Source: an uncultured Candidatus Saccharibacteria bacterium
GTDB lineage: Bacteria > Patescibacteriota > Minisyncoccia > Phycocordibacterales > UBA9973
Direction: 5' to 3'
DNA length: 64,000 nucleotides
NCBI GenBank assembly: GCA_964527235.1
Contig: CAZGNC010000002.1
Coordinates: 82,381 to 146,380, forward strand
The translations under genes were made by a program, and so were the position numbers. The stretch's first letter is position 1, and every line of letters begins with the position of its first letter. Under the pieces are notes generated by a model. That model did not search any database and had not been told where the DNA came from. It saw nothing but the letters and a program-made list of their open reading frames with translations. Positions 47,975 through 56,539 of this stretch are shown here, piece by piece.

Positions 47975-48550
47975 TTAGATATACTCTATAATTATTTCCG
48001 GTACATTTTTATATTTAGGATTTTTAACAAAAGTTGGTTTACCGTTTTCTTCAACAACATAGTAAGCGAAGCCCTGCATTTTTTTCACTGGGGCGTAGTC
48101 TGCGTGTGTTGGCCAAGATATTTCCTTGGCGTTCGGTGGTGCTATTGGGCTGTTGTCTTCGGTTGCAAGCCATGTCTTCCCAATGTTTACTCCTAAGTGG
48201 CCGGCTGTGGTTGGTATTGGCACAACACTGCCTGCTTTTACAAAAATAGCTTTAACGTAAGTAACTTCATCATCTAAGGGTTTCCCTTTTTCGTCGAGTT
48301 TTCTTTCTTGCAATAAAATTATACCCTCCCCTGACAGTATTTTATAAGTTTCTAGGAAATCACTAATGTGGTAGTGACCATAAGTTTTGATGTATTCTCC
48401 TCCTACGGTGCCACTTTCCCAGACAGTGATGTTTGTTTTCTCGCTTCCACCACGAATCATAAAATAGTGGACATTAGGACCCTGAGATTGTGGGTCCATT
48501 AGTACATCGAGCATTTCTTTGTGAGAACGAGTGGCTAAAATATTGTCCAT
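47975..48550 (-). CDS. Cupin-type glucose-6-phosphate isomerase (archaeal cPGI-like)
   Basis: TYGHYHISDFLETY resembles the cPGI metal-binding GHxHxxxxxE(x)Y motif; about 190 aa, cupin-sized. The probable start is the internal MDNILATR. Confidence 0.55.
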   Translation of the reverse strand: MDNILATRSHKEMLDVLMDPQSQGPNVHYFMIRGGSEKTNITVWESGTVGGEYIKTYGHYHISDFLETYKILSGEGIILLQERKLDEKGKPLDDEVTYVKAIFVKAGSVVPIPTTAGHLGVNIGKTWLATEDNSPIAPPNAKEISWPTHADYAPVKKMQGFAYYVVEENGKPTFVKNPKYKNVPEIIIEYI

Positions 48551-48602
48551 AGTTTTAAAGGCTATACATAAATATAACATTTAAAAACAATGCAAACAAT
48601 TT

Positions 48603-49001
48603 TTAACAGCTTTTTTTAATTCTTTCGCGTAGGCTAGTACTACTAAAGTTATGCTCTCTGCTATTGAAGATAATAGGAATGGTTAGGTCGTCTCCAGTAA
48701 AAGGCTTCCCTTTATGGTCCGCACCAACAAACCTAACGTCCGGCTTTAGTTTTTTAAGAAGTTTATATAAATCTGATTCAGTTTCATATATCACTATTTC
48801 GTCTACATATTTCGATCCTTCAAGGCGGATCCTCCTCTCTTCTAGAGATTCTATAGGTTTGTTTTTGTGAGGTCTATCTATGGTTGGGTCGGTTTGTAAG
48901 CCAACGACAAGATAATCGCATTGTTCTTTGCACTCTTTTAGCATAAGAACATGACCTGCATGCAGTAAGTCCATTGTTCCGCATGTAAATCCCCTTTTCA
49001 T
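48603..49001 (-). CDS. Cytidylyltransferase-like nucleotidyltransferase (TagD/RfaE-domain-II-like)
   Basis: FTCGTMDLLHAGH is the (H/T)xGH nucleotidyltransferase motif; about 132 aa. The true start is MKRGFTCG. The longer track ORF would overlap tRNA-Pro. Confidence 0.6.
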   Translation of the reverse strand: MKRGFTCGTMDLLHAGHVLMLKECKEQCDYLVVGLQTDPTIDRPHKNKPIESLEERRIRLEGSKYVDEIVIYETESDLYKLLKKLKPDVRFVGADHKGKPFTGDDLTIPIIFNSREHNFSSTSLRERIKKSC

Positions 49002-49074
49002 GGTCGGGCCGCTGGGAATTGAACCCAGTCTAAATGCTCCCAAAGCACTTGTACTACCGGTATACTACGGCCCG
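49001..49074 (-). tRNA. tRNA-Pro(TGG), CCA encoded
   Basis: Folded by hand: acceptor CGGGCCG/CGGCCCG, anticodon stem AGTGC/GCATT with loop TTTGGGA, T-arm CTGGG-TTCAATT-CCCAG, discriminator A, 4-nt variable loop. Confidence 0.75.
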
Positions 49075-49102
49075 TAACTTACAAAACTATTTGCCGAGTA
49101 TA

Positions 49103-49543
49103 TCACAGAATAATGTTTTTGACGACTTCTACCCTAGCTTTCTTGTTTTTTGTGTCTAGGAATACAACCAGTAAATCAACCTGCCAGTCTTGTTCATCTG
49201 GTGTATCTTTGTGCAGGAGGTATGTTTGGACCGTTCTTGATAGCCTTTTAAGCTTCCAGGGATGCATATTGTCCTCTGGTCGGTAGTCGTTTGTTTCATG
49301 TGTAACATCAGCAAGGTCTGACCTTGAGACACTTTTTACCTCTACAAAGTGAAGTTTGTTGTCCTTTTGAGCTATAATGTCTATTTCACCCCACTTCTTA
49401 GTGTAATTTCTTTCTAAAACCTCAAAACCTTGTTTCACGAGAAACCTTGTGGCGATGTTTTCTCCTGCTTCTCCTAGCTTTTGTGTGTCGGAAGTGAATT
49501 TTTTAGGCATATTGATTGATGTTTCATAAGAAACATGTTTCAC
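49103..49543 (-). CDS. YraN/UPF0102 family endonuclease-like protein
   Basis: GEAGENIATRFLVKQGFEVLERNY...GEIDIIAQKD..HFVEVKS matches the UPF0102 pattern. Start is GTG at 49543 or ATG at 49510. The palindromic repeats described in the findings lie in this 5' region. Confidence 0.7.
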   Translation of the reverse strand: MKHVSYETSINMPKKFTSDTQKLGEAGENIATRFLVKQGFEVLERNYTKKWGEIDIIAQKDNKLHFVEVKSVSRSDLADVTHETNDYRPEDNMHPWKLKRLSRTVQTYLLHKDTPDEQDWQVDLLVVFLDTKNKKARVEVVKNIIL

Positions 49544-49550
49544 GTGAAAC
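49432..49550. repeat. Three copies of a 14-bp palindrome GTTTC-N4-GAAAC
   Basis: Copies seen at 49432-49445 (gtttcacgagaaac), 49521-49534 (gtttcataagaaac) and 49537-49550 (gtttcacgtgaaac), in or near the yraN start. Confidence 0.6.
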
Positions 49551-49751
49551 GTTATGTGGTTTTTTGATGTCTTTTACTAAAATAACCTTATTTTACAACG
49601 TATTTTGAATAAAAAGGTGCTAAAAAGACACAAATTCAAACTGTCCTTTATTCACATACTAACAGACTTATCCACAGTTTCTGTTAATATGTTGATATTA
49701 TAAGTGTATATCTAAGGGACATAGACTAAAATTTGAACTAGGACGAATTTG

Positions 49752-49823
49752 TGCACCCGGAGGGATTCGAACCCCCAATGACAGTTCCGAAGACTGTAGT
49801 GATATCCATTTCACCACGGGTGC
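49752..49823 (-). tRNA. tRNA-Arg(TCG)
   Basis: Folded by hand: acceptor GCACCCG/CGGGTGC, D-arm GTGA/TCAC, anticodon stem ACAGT/ACTGT with loop CTTCGGA, T-arm GGGGG-TTCGAAT-CCCTC, 4-nt variable loop. Confidence 0.7.
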
Positions 49824-49943
49824 AATTGGAAACATTATACCCCATACTTGTGAATTTTCATAATATCCTTATTTTAATAGCTTATTTAAATAAATTGCAA
49901 TATGGTAAAATTAATATATAATTAAATGGTTAAAAGTAATAAA

Positions 49944-50014
49944 GCGGTCATGGTTTAGTGGTAGAACACGTCCTTGCCAAGGATGAGACGGGAGTTCGAT
50001 TCTCCCTGGCCGCA
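49944..50014 (+). tRNA. tRNA-Gly(GCC)
   Basis: Folded by hand: acceptor GCGGTCA/TGGCCGC, anticodon stem CGTCC/GGATG with loop TTGCCAA, T-arm GGGAG-TTCGATT-CTCCC, 4-nt variable loop. Confidence 0.85.
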
Positions 50015-50023
50015 CAGAATAGA

Positions 50024-51577
50024 TTGAACTCAACAAAGGAAAACTTAATAAGCAAAATTCCTAAAGAAGTTTCACATGTAACACAAACTCTCGAAAAGGG
50101 TGGTTTTGAGGCGTATTTAGTAGGGGGGTGCGTAAGAGATCTTTTGATGGGTAGGGAACCTAAGGACTGGGATATAACTACAAACGCTAAACCCGAGCAA
50201 ATTGTTGGTTTATTTGAAAAGACTGTTTATGAGAACAATTTTGGTACTGTAGGGGTATTTATTCCATACCAAGATGTGGATCAAGACGTTTCTCGTGAAA
50301 CTAATGAGAACAGTGTTTCACGAGAAACACCAGAATATTTTAGTATAGAGGTAACTCCTTATAGATTAGAGGCAAAATATAGTGATTTTAGGCATCCAGA
50401 CCAGGTTGAGTTCAGCAATAAGCTGGAGGATGATCTTAAAAGACGTGATTTTACCATGAATGCCTTGGCCATGGATGCTAAAGGACAGATAACAGACATG
50501 TTCGGAGGCCTAAAGGACATAGAAACTAAAACAATAAGAACTGTTGGAGCGCCAGGGGATAGGTTTAGTGAAGATGCTTTGCGAATGCTAAGAGCGGTGC
50601 GATTTTCAGTGCAACTCGATTTCTCTATTTCGCATGATGTTACAGAAAGTATTTTTAAAAATGCTGACCTGGTGAAAAAAATTTCAGCAGAAAGAATTCG
50701 CGATGAATTTTCAAAAATAATTTTATCACCAAGTCCAGCTGCTGGGGTTGTGATGTTGCAAAAATTCGGATTGTTGAAAGATGTTATTCCAGAACTTGAA
50801 GAGGGAATTGGTTGCGAGCAATTGGGTGAACATATATATGATGTTTGGGAGCATTTACTCCACGCACTTCAGCATGCGGGGGATAAGAATTGGCCTTTAG
50901 AAATAAGGCTTTCGGCGCTTTTTCATGATATTGGTAAACCGAGAACTCGTAGATTTGATGCCACAAAAGCAGGCGGAAAAGGCAAATATACTTTCTATGG
51001 ACACGAAGTCGTTGGTGCCAGAATGGCAAAAAAAATAATGGAGAGACTAAAGTTTTCTAAAAAAGAGATTGATTTAGTAGAAAAATTAATCCGTAACCAT
51101 ATGTTTTTCTCTGATACTGAAGTTATCACACTTTCGCCAGTTAGAAGAATTATTGCAAAGGTTGGCAAGGAGCACATTTGGGATTTAATGAATGTTCGCG
51201 AGTGTGATCGAGTGGGGATGAGAAAAAAGGAGGCCCCATATCGACTTAGGAAGTATTTTGCAATGATTGAAGAAGCTTTAAGAGATCCCATATCGGTCAG
51301 CGCTTTAAAAATTGATGGAGAGTACATGATTAAAGAGCTTAAAATTAAGCCCGGGCCCAGAATGGGCTGGATTTTACATGCGTTACTGGAAGAAGTTCTA
51401 GATGATCCTAGTAAAAACACCGTCGAACATCTTTCAGAGCTAGTTGCGGGGTTGGATAGGCTACCGGATGGAGCCTTGCGCGCACTAGGAGAGCGGGGCA
51501 AAGAAAAAAAAGAAGAGATAGAAGAGGAAGAGGTGGAGAAATTGCATTCAAAACATGGAGTGCAGAAAAAAAAGTAA
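50024..51577 (+). CDS. cca: CCA-adding enzyme / tRNA nucleotidyltransferase with HD domain, carrying an in-frame palindromic insertion
   Basis: GGCVRDLLMGREPKDWDITTN head-domain motif, RRDFTMNA, and an HD-domain LFHDIGKP. The track ORF start at 49958 overlaps tRNA-Gly; the likely start is TTG at 50024. It contains the VSRETNENSVSRET insertion described in the findings. Confidence 0.8.
   Translation: MNSTKENLISKIPKEVSHVTQTLEKGGFEAYLVGGCVRDLLMGREPKDWDITTNAKPEQIVGLFEKTVYENNFGTVGVFIPYQDVDQDVSRETNENSVSRETPEYFSIEVTPYRLEAKYSDFRHPDQVEFSNKLEDDLKRRDFTMNALAMDAKGQITDMFGGLKDIETKTIRTVGAPGDRFSEDALRMLRAVRFSVQLDFSISHDVTESIFKNADLVKKISAERIRDEFSKIILSPSPAAGVVMLQKFGLLKDVIPELEEGIGCEQLGEHIYDVWEHLLHALQHAGDKNWPLEIRLSALFHDIGKPRTRRFDATKAGGKGKYTFYGHEVVGARMAKKIMERLKFSKKEIDLVEKLIRNHMFFSDTEVITLSPVRRIIAKVGKEHIWDLMNVRECDRVGMRKKEAPYRLRKYFAMIEEALRDPISVSALKIDGEYMIKELKIKPGPRMGWILHALLEEVLDDPSKNTVEHLSELVAGLDRLPDGALRALGERGKEKKEEIEEEEVEKLHSKHGVQKKK
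50288..50328. repeat. Pair of mutually reverse-complementary 14-bp palindromes (gtttctcgtgaaac ... gtttcacgagaaac, 13-bp spacer) inside the cca coding sequence
   Basis: They form a perfect 14-bp inverted repeat. Both copies are in-frame and each encodes VSRET. Confidence 0.65.
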
Positions 51578-51668
51578 AATATCTACCAGACTTTTGCACA
51601 ATTTGTTGTATTTTTCGTGTGATTAAGTGCTATAATAATTAAATTATTATAAGTGCTAAATAAAATCT

Positions 51669-51938
51669 ATGACAGAGGATGAACAATACAGTGCGCTCAT
51701 AAGTGAAATTATCAAAAAGCAATCAATTATTTTGGGTCCTGAAATTGCTGTGCTAAAAGCACGCAGTGTTCCTGGAATAATGGTAGACAATGATGGCAAA
51801 GTTACTGGAGTAGGAGACAATCCAAAAGAAACCTTGCAGAAATTGGTCGACCAATATGTTGAGCTTTCTGGGCAAATTGTTAAGAATGCTCTCGGTTCGA
51901 TATTTGCCAAATATCCAGATTTAAATATCAATAAATAA
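51669..51938 (+). CDS. Small hypothetical protein (89 aa)
   Basis: Co-oriented with the downstream membrane protein and two-component genes. The minus-strand ORF overlapping this region has less plausible composition. Confidence 0.4.
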   Translation: MTEDEQYSALISEIIKKQSIILGPEIAVLKARSVPGIMVDNDGKVTGVGDNPKETLQKLVDQYVELSGQIVKNALGSIFAKYPDLNINK

Positions 51939-51941
51939 TTT

Positions 51942-52673
51942 ATGACCACAGAAACATTAATAAGTTTCGCTCGGTTAATCTCATCCTTGGGTTTTCTCTC
52001 TGCTTTCTTTGTTACATTTTTAGCTGTGCGTAGATTTGGTAAATCAGCACTCGGCTCTATCTTTTCTTATATCTTGATCGGGACTGGAATATTTTTTGCT
52101 ATAACAGTTTTTCAACAACTGGGAAATGATTTTTTTAGAATTTCACCTGAATCAATGAGTCTTTGGTGGCACTTGATGTTTTTTATGGCGTTGGCATCTT
52201 TCTACTATGGACTAAAGCTTTTAGTTGGGCTTGGCGCCGCCGAAACAGAGAGCAATAAGGGGCTTAAAATTGGAGTAGAAAAAATTTGGGCTATTGTTGC
52301 TCTGGCTATATTAGTAGGAGTATTTTTCTCGGCGAATTTTTTTGAGTATGGAGTCCTTTCCTATACGAATTCTTCTTTGGGTCAAATGGGGTTTCATCAC
52401 TTTGTTGCGGTGTTACTCTCGGGCATGGTGGGTTCTTATTTACTCTTAGCAAAAAAGGACCTAGGTCAGATAGGGAAAGCTGTCGCCAGTCCGATGATTG
52501 CTGCTATTTGGATATTGAGTTTGCAACATTTCTGGGAATTGTTGGTTGAGAGTTGGCACATAGTTCCAATATCGGGCCACAATAGCGAGGGAGTAGAGCA
52601 AATATTTTTTATTGCAGTAGCGGTAAGTCTCTTGTATGCAGCTTTCAGACTGAAATCTTTCGCTAAGGCTTAA
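51942..52673 (+). CDS. Polytopic membrane protein (about 7 TM), hypothetical; possible sensory partner of the downstream kinase
   Basis: Multiple hydrophobic helices, no motif. Confidence 0.55.
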   Translation: MTTETLISFARLISSLGFLSAFFVTFLAVRRFGKSALGSIFSYILIGTGIFFAITVFQQLGNDFFRISPESMSLWWHLMFFMALASFYYGLKLLVGLGAAETESNKGLKIGVEKIWAIVALAILVGVFFSANFFEYGVLSYTNSSLGQMGFHHFVAVLLSGMVGSYLLLAKKDLGQIGKAVASPMIAAIWILSLQHFWELLVESWHIVPISGHNSEGVEQIFFIAVAVSLLYAAFRLKSFAKA

Positions 52674-52701
52674 AAATTAAGTTTCGGGGTTATTTTAGAA
52701 A

Positions 52702-54462
52702 ATGATACTAACTATTTTTTCAATAATTCTTGCTATTACTGGAGCATCCACTGCAGTGTATTTTGTTGTTAAAGACCGCCGAGCTAAAATTGCCTTGGCA
52801 AAAAGAGAGCAAGAGGTAAGTCGCCGGATGTACGAATTGGCTATATTGAAAGAACTAGGGGACCGCATCGGGTACTCACTAGATGTGCAGCAAATTGTAG
52901 ACGTGATTACTAGTTCTTTGCATCAGTTTATTGACTATAGTGCTGTGTCTTATATGTTGCTTGAGCCCGAGGAGATAATATTTAAAATTCACCTAGAGAG
53001 ATCAGTTCATCGTAGATTCGTAACTGATATACGTGATCGAATGGTAGGGTCTTTAAGCGCTCTTCTTGATAGAGAATTTGATAAAAAATCTATAAAAGAA
53101 ATTTTATCTGGTGCTATTATCATAGAAGAACTCGAAGAACCAGTTAAATCATTTTTCAACATTCCTCTCGTGATAGATGAGAAGGTTGTAGGTATCTTGA
53201 CTGTCGCTGACACAAAGGCAGGCTTGTACAAAGAAGAGGAGATGACTATTTTGTACAAAATTATCCAGCAAGCCTCAAATGCAGTTACAAGGTTGCAGGG
53301 TGTAGTTAAAACTGAACAAGCCAAAGTAAATGCAATGGTTGAAAGTATGGAAGACGGGGTGGTGATGACAGATGCAGACTTTCGCATTTTAGTTATTAAT
53401 CCTGCAGCTAAAAGAGTTATAGGGCTGGAACACAGGAATGATATTACTATATTTGATTTTATCGATAACCTTGGAGGGAAAGTCGATATTCGTGGAAGAT
53501 TAGAAGAAAGCGTAAAACTAAAAAAGTCATTTACCTCAGAGAAGTTTTTAGTAAGGGAGAAATTTTTTCAAGCTTTTGTGTTTCCTGTTAAAACAAATGC
53601 ATCAATGCCTGGGCAGGATGTTCTGGGTGGGGTTGTAATATTTCACGATGTCACTAAGGAGATGGAGCTGGCTCGAGTGAGGGAAGACTTTACTTCGATG
53701 CTAGTGCATGAACTTCGAACACCACTAGATGTGATAAAGAAATTCAGTGAGATACTAAAGAAGCCAGGTAAAAAAGTAGATGCAGCTTCTTACAAAGAAT
53801 ATATAGGAATGATTCACCAGAATGCATCTGGTATGCTTAATCTTGTTAATGATATTCTGGATATTGCCAAGCTTCAGGCGGGGAAGTTCGAAATAAGTGT
53901 TGTGCCTGGAGACATGGGGGAGATCATAGAAAACAGAATTAAATTTTTTGAAGTTTCTGCTTTAGATAAAAAAATCAAACTCAAGAGTATAGTGAGCCCA
54001 AACATGTCTAAGAACGCTTTGTTTGACCCACTTAGGATAAAAGAAGTTCTTAATAATTTAATTTCAAATGCATTAAAATTTACCAAAGAAAAAGAGACTA
54101 TCTCAATTATAGCTTTTGAGCACGAAGCAGACGCTGATCCTGATACTGAACTTAAGAAACTTAAGGTAGCACTACCTGCACCACTACCCAAAGATGCCTT
54201 TGTTAAATTCCCAGATTCTATTGTGGTATTGGTATCTCACCCTGACGAGGGCATACCGCCAGAGCAAATTGGGGAACTATTCAACAAGTTTAAACAGCTC
54301 AATAATAAAGATTTCGTAACTAACGTGAAAGGCACAGGACTTGGTCTGGCTATAGTTAAGGGCATTGTAGAAGAGCATAAAGGCCACGTCGGGGTAGTTT
54401 CTACTGTAGGGGTTGGCACTGCATTTTACTTCGTGTTACCATTATCTGGAGGAAAAGCTTAG
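52702..54462 (+). CDS. Sensor histidine kinase (TM, GAF/PAS-like, HisKA, HATPase_c)
   Basis: H-box HELRTPLD, N-box NLISNALKFT, and G-boxes ...GTGLGLAIVKGIVEEHKG. Confidence 0.85.
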   Translation: MILTIFSIILAITGASTAVYFVVKDRRAKIALAKREQEVSRRMYELAILKELGDRIGYSLDVQQIVDVITSSLHQFIDYSAVSYMLLEPEEIIFKIHLERSVHRRFVTDIRDRMVGSLSALLDREFDKKSIKEILSGAIIIEELEEPVKSFFNIPLVIDEKVVGILTVADTKAGLYKEEEMTILYKIIQQASNAVTRLQGVVKTEQAKVNAMVESMEDGVVMTDADFRILVINPAAKRVIGLEHRNDITIFDFIDNLGGKVDIRGRLEESVKLKKSFTSEKFLVREKFFQAFVFPVKTNASMPGQDVLGGVVIFHDVTKEMELARVREDFTSMLVHELRTPLDVIKKFSEILKKPGKKVDAASYKEYIGMIHQNASGMLNLVNDILDIAKLQAGKFEISVVPGDMGEIIENRIKFFEVSALDKKIKLKSIVSPNMSKNALFDPLRIKEVLNNLISNALKFTKEKETISIIAFEHEADADPDTELKKLKVALPAPLPKDAFVKFPDSIVVLVSHPDEGIPPEQIGELFNKFKQLNNKDFVTNVKGTGLGLAIVKGIVEEHKGHVGVVSTVGVGTAFYFVLPLSGGKA

Positions 54463-54511
54463 CAATAACAAACTATTAGACACCCTCGGGTCATAGTGAT
54501 AAAATACAAAT

Positions 54512-54886
54512 ATGAAAACAATACTTATAATTGATGATGAGGAATATTTCGCAAAGACTATTAGAGAAGTTCTGGATCCTAAGAAATATAAAATAATTAC
54601 TGCCGCAGACGGGGAAGAGGGGTTAAACACTGCTGCCAGAACTCAGCCAGATGCAATATTGCTTGATATCAATATGCCTAAAATGAATGGCTTAGATTTT
54701 TTACGCGCTCTAAAGGGTAATAAAATTCCAATAATCATAACCTCAAATTTGTCTTCTATGCAGACTATCAGTGAGGGAGTGGAGCTGGGAGTACGTGGTT
54801 ACATCGTTAAATCTAACGAATCTACAGAAGCTATAGCTGAAGCAATTGAAGGTCTATTCGTAGTAGCTCCTCCTAAGAAGCTCTAG
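54512..54886 (+). CDS. Single-domain response regulator (CheY-like receiver only)
   Basis: IIDDEE...D(54)-type LLDINMPKMNGLDFL and ...KPIIITS; 124 aa with no output domain. Confidence 0.85.
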   Translation: MKTILIIDDEEYFAKTIREVLDPKKYKIITAADGEEGLNTAARTQPDAILLDINMPKMNGLDFLRALKGNKIPIIITSNLSSMQTISEGVELGVRGYIVKSNESTEAIAEAIEGLFVVAPPKKL

Positions 54887-54981
54887 AATCTTTTTTAATG
54901 TTTCGCTCTTTTGAGCTCTTCAGTAAGGATTAACATCCTTAGACATCAGTCCGTCACGTGGACTAAGCGGATAGTTAGATA

Positions 54982-55638
54982 TCAGCTTGATGTTCTCTTT
55001 CTGATTTTGTATGCGTCGACAATGAATCCCAGCGAGATAATCTGCTGGAGAGTGAACCATACGTATTGCTCTCTCCACATGAGCGTTGCAGTCACTACAT
55101 TCATCAGCATGTATGCGAAGTACTGTCGCTCGTCGTCCTTCGCTTGTAGGTACGTCCCAAGCAGAAACCCACCAGAAGCAGCAATTTCCAACCACTGGTT
55201 GATGGTGATGAACCCTCCAAAGTAGTGGAAACTGTAGCCAAGTCCGAACCCGATTAGTATGTATACAATCGGATCAAGCTGGCCGAGTGTCTGATCAATC
55301 TTCTCCTTGGTGGTACCGCGCATCGCGAGCAGGAGCCCGAGCACCATGACCGGAAATGCACCTGCCTCGAGGCCGGCGAATATCCAGTTATCCTTGATAA
55401 GGAGCATTGCGACCACTGCGGGCAATCCCGTGATGTACACCAGCCATGACCTAGTACGCCACGTTTGTGCGACCACTAGATCAATTCGCTTGGTCCGCTC
55501 ATACCGCGAACAGAAGATCTTGTGAAAGAGGTAGAACGCACCTCCCCAAGTTTGTAGAAAGACTTCCATCTGGTCCTCCGTTGTAGGGTTTCGACGAACT
55601 TTCGGATACATAATAGCACTTTTAAGGATTATTGTCAA
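54982..55638 (-). CDS. Polytopic membrane protein, possibly PnuC-like nucleoside transporter; GC content clearly above the local average
   Basis: About 7 TM, 218 aa. GC is roughly 50% by inspection against about 37% for neighbours. The family assignment is weak. Confidence 0.45.
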   Translation of the reverse strand: MTIILKSAIMYPKVRRNPTTEDQMEVFLQTWGGAFYLFHKIFCSRYERTKRIDLVVAQTWRTRSWLVYITGLPAVVAMLLIKDNWIFAGLEAGAFPVMVLGLLLAMRGTTKEKIDQTLGQLDPIVYILIGFGLGYSFHYFGGFITINQWLEIAASGGFLLGTYLQAKDDERQYFAYMLMNVVTATLMWREQYVWFTLQQIISLGFIVDAYKIRKRTSS

Positions 55639-55753
55639 TCTAATTCGTCAATAAATTGTTAAATATATTCAATATTTACAATATCTATTTTAAAAACAGC
55701 GTATTTTTGTCGAAAAATATTGACACAATTTGTTTTCCTGCTAAACTTTAAGT

Positions 55754-56539
55754 ATGGAAGATAGAAATAATGAGTTAAAAAATTCACTCATAGGTGTGGG
55801 GTTAAAGGAGAAGGAGGCGGATGTTTACTTGGCAATTTTATCCCTAGGTCAAGGCACCGCGTCAAAAATAGCACGCAAGGCTAGAATAGTACGTACGACC
55901 GCTTATGATATTTTAAGCTCGCTTTTTGATAAGGGGCTTGTGACTTTGACCGGTAAAGAACCTAAGCAAGAGTATGTGGCTGAATCTCCTGATAATCTTA
56001 AAATTTATATAGAAAGCGAACTGAAGAAAATCCAAACTGATTTAGATGGAGCTAAAAATATTTTAATTCCACAATTAAAATCAATCCATAATTTAAACAA
56101 TCGTCCCAAAGTTTTATTTTATGAAGGGAAAGAAGGGTTGGAGCGTGTCTATGAAGACACTCTTACTTCTAGTGAAGAAATCCTTGCTTATGCTAGTGTC
56201 GAAGATACTGAATTAACCTTGCCCAATTATTTTCCTAATTACTATAAAAGACGTGCCTCAAAAGGAATTTCAATTCGAGCAATATTCCCCGAATCACCAG
56301 AAGCACGCAGTCGAGCCAGTTTAGATAAAGAAGAAAAAAGAACATCTCTTATTGTTCCTGATAAGTATGGATTTCACCCTGAAATAAATATTTACGATAA
56401 TAAAATAATGATAGCTTCCTGGAGGGAGAAGCTTGGTGTGATTATCGAAAGTAGTGAAATCGCTGACGCAATGAAAAAAGTTTTCGAGCTTTCTTGGGCT
56501 GAGGCGAAGCGACTAGATATAGGTAGTTCTAAAACTTAA
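55754..56539 (+). CDS. TrmB-family transcriptional regulator
   Basis: N-terminal winged HTH typical of TrmB (LKEKEADVYLAILSLGQGTASKIARKARIVRTTAYDILSSLFDKGLV), followed by a C-terminal effector domain. Confidence 0.7.
   Translation: MEDRNNELKNSLIGVGLKEKEADVYLAILSLGQGTASKIARKARIVRTTAYDILSSLFDKGLVTLTGKEPKQEYVAESPDNLKIYIESELKKIQTDLDGAKNILIPQLKSIHNLNNRPKVLFYEGKEGLERVYEDTLTSSEEILAYASVEDTELTLPNYFPNYYKRRASKGISIRAIFPESPEARSRASLDKEEKRTSLIVPDKYGFHPEINIYDNKIMIASWREKLGVIIESSEIADAMKKVFELSWAEAKRLDIGSSKT

Noticed and set aside
54911-55525. Plus-strand ORFs (54911-55225, 55307-55525) and minus ORF 54920-55195 in the GC-elevated region
   Set aside because: They are nested within or antisense to the 218-aa polytopic membrane-protein ORF, which has coherent TM structure. 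They are probably GC-driven spurious frames.
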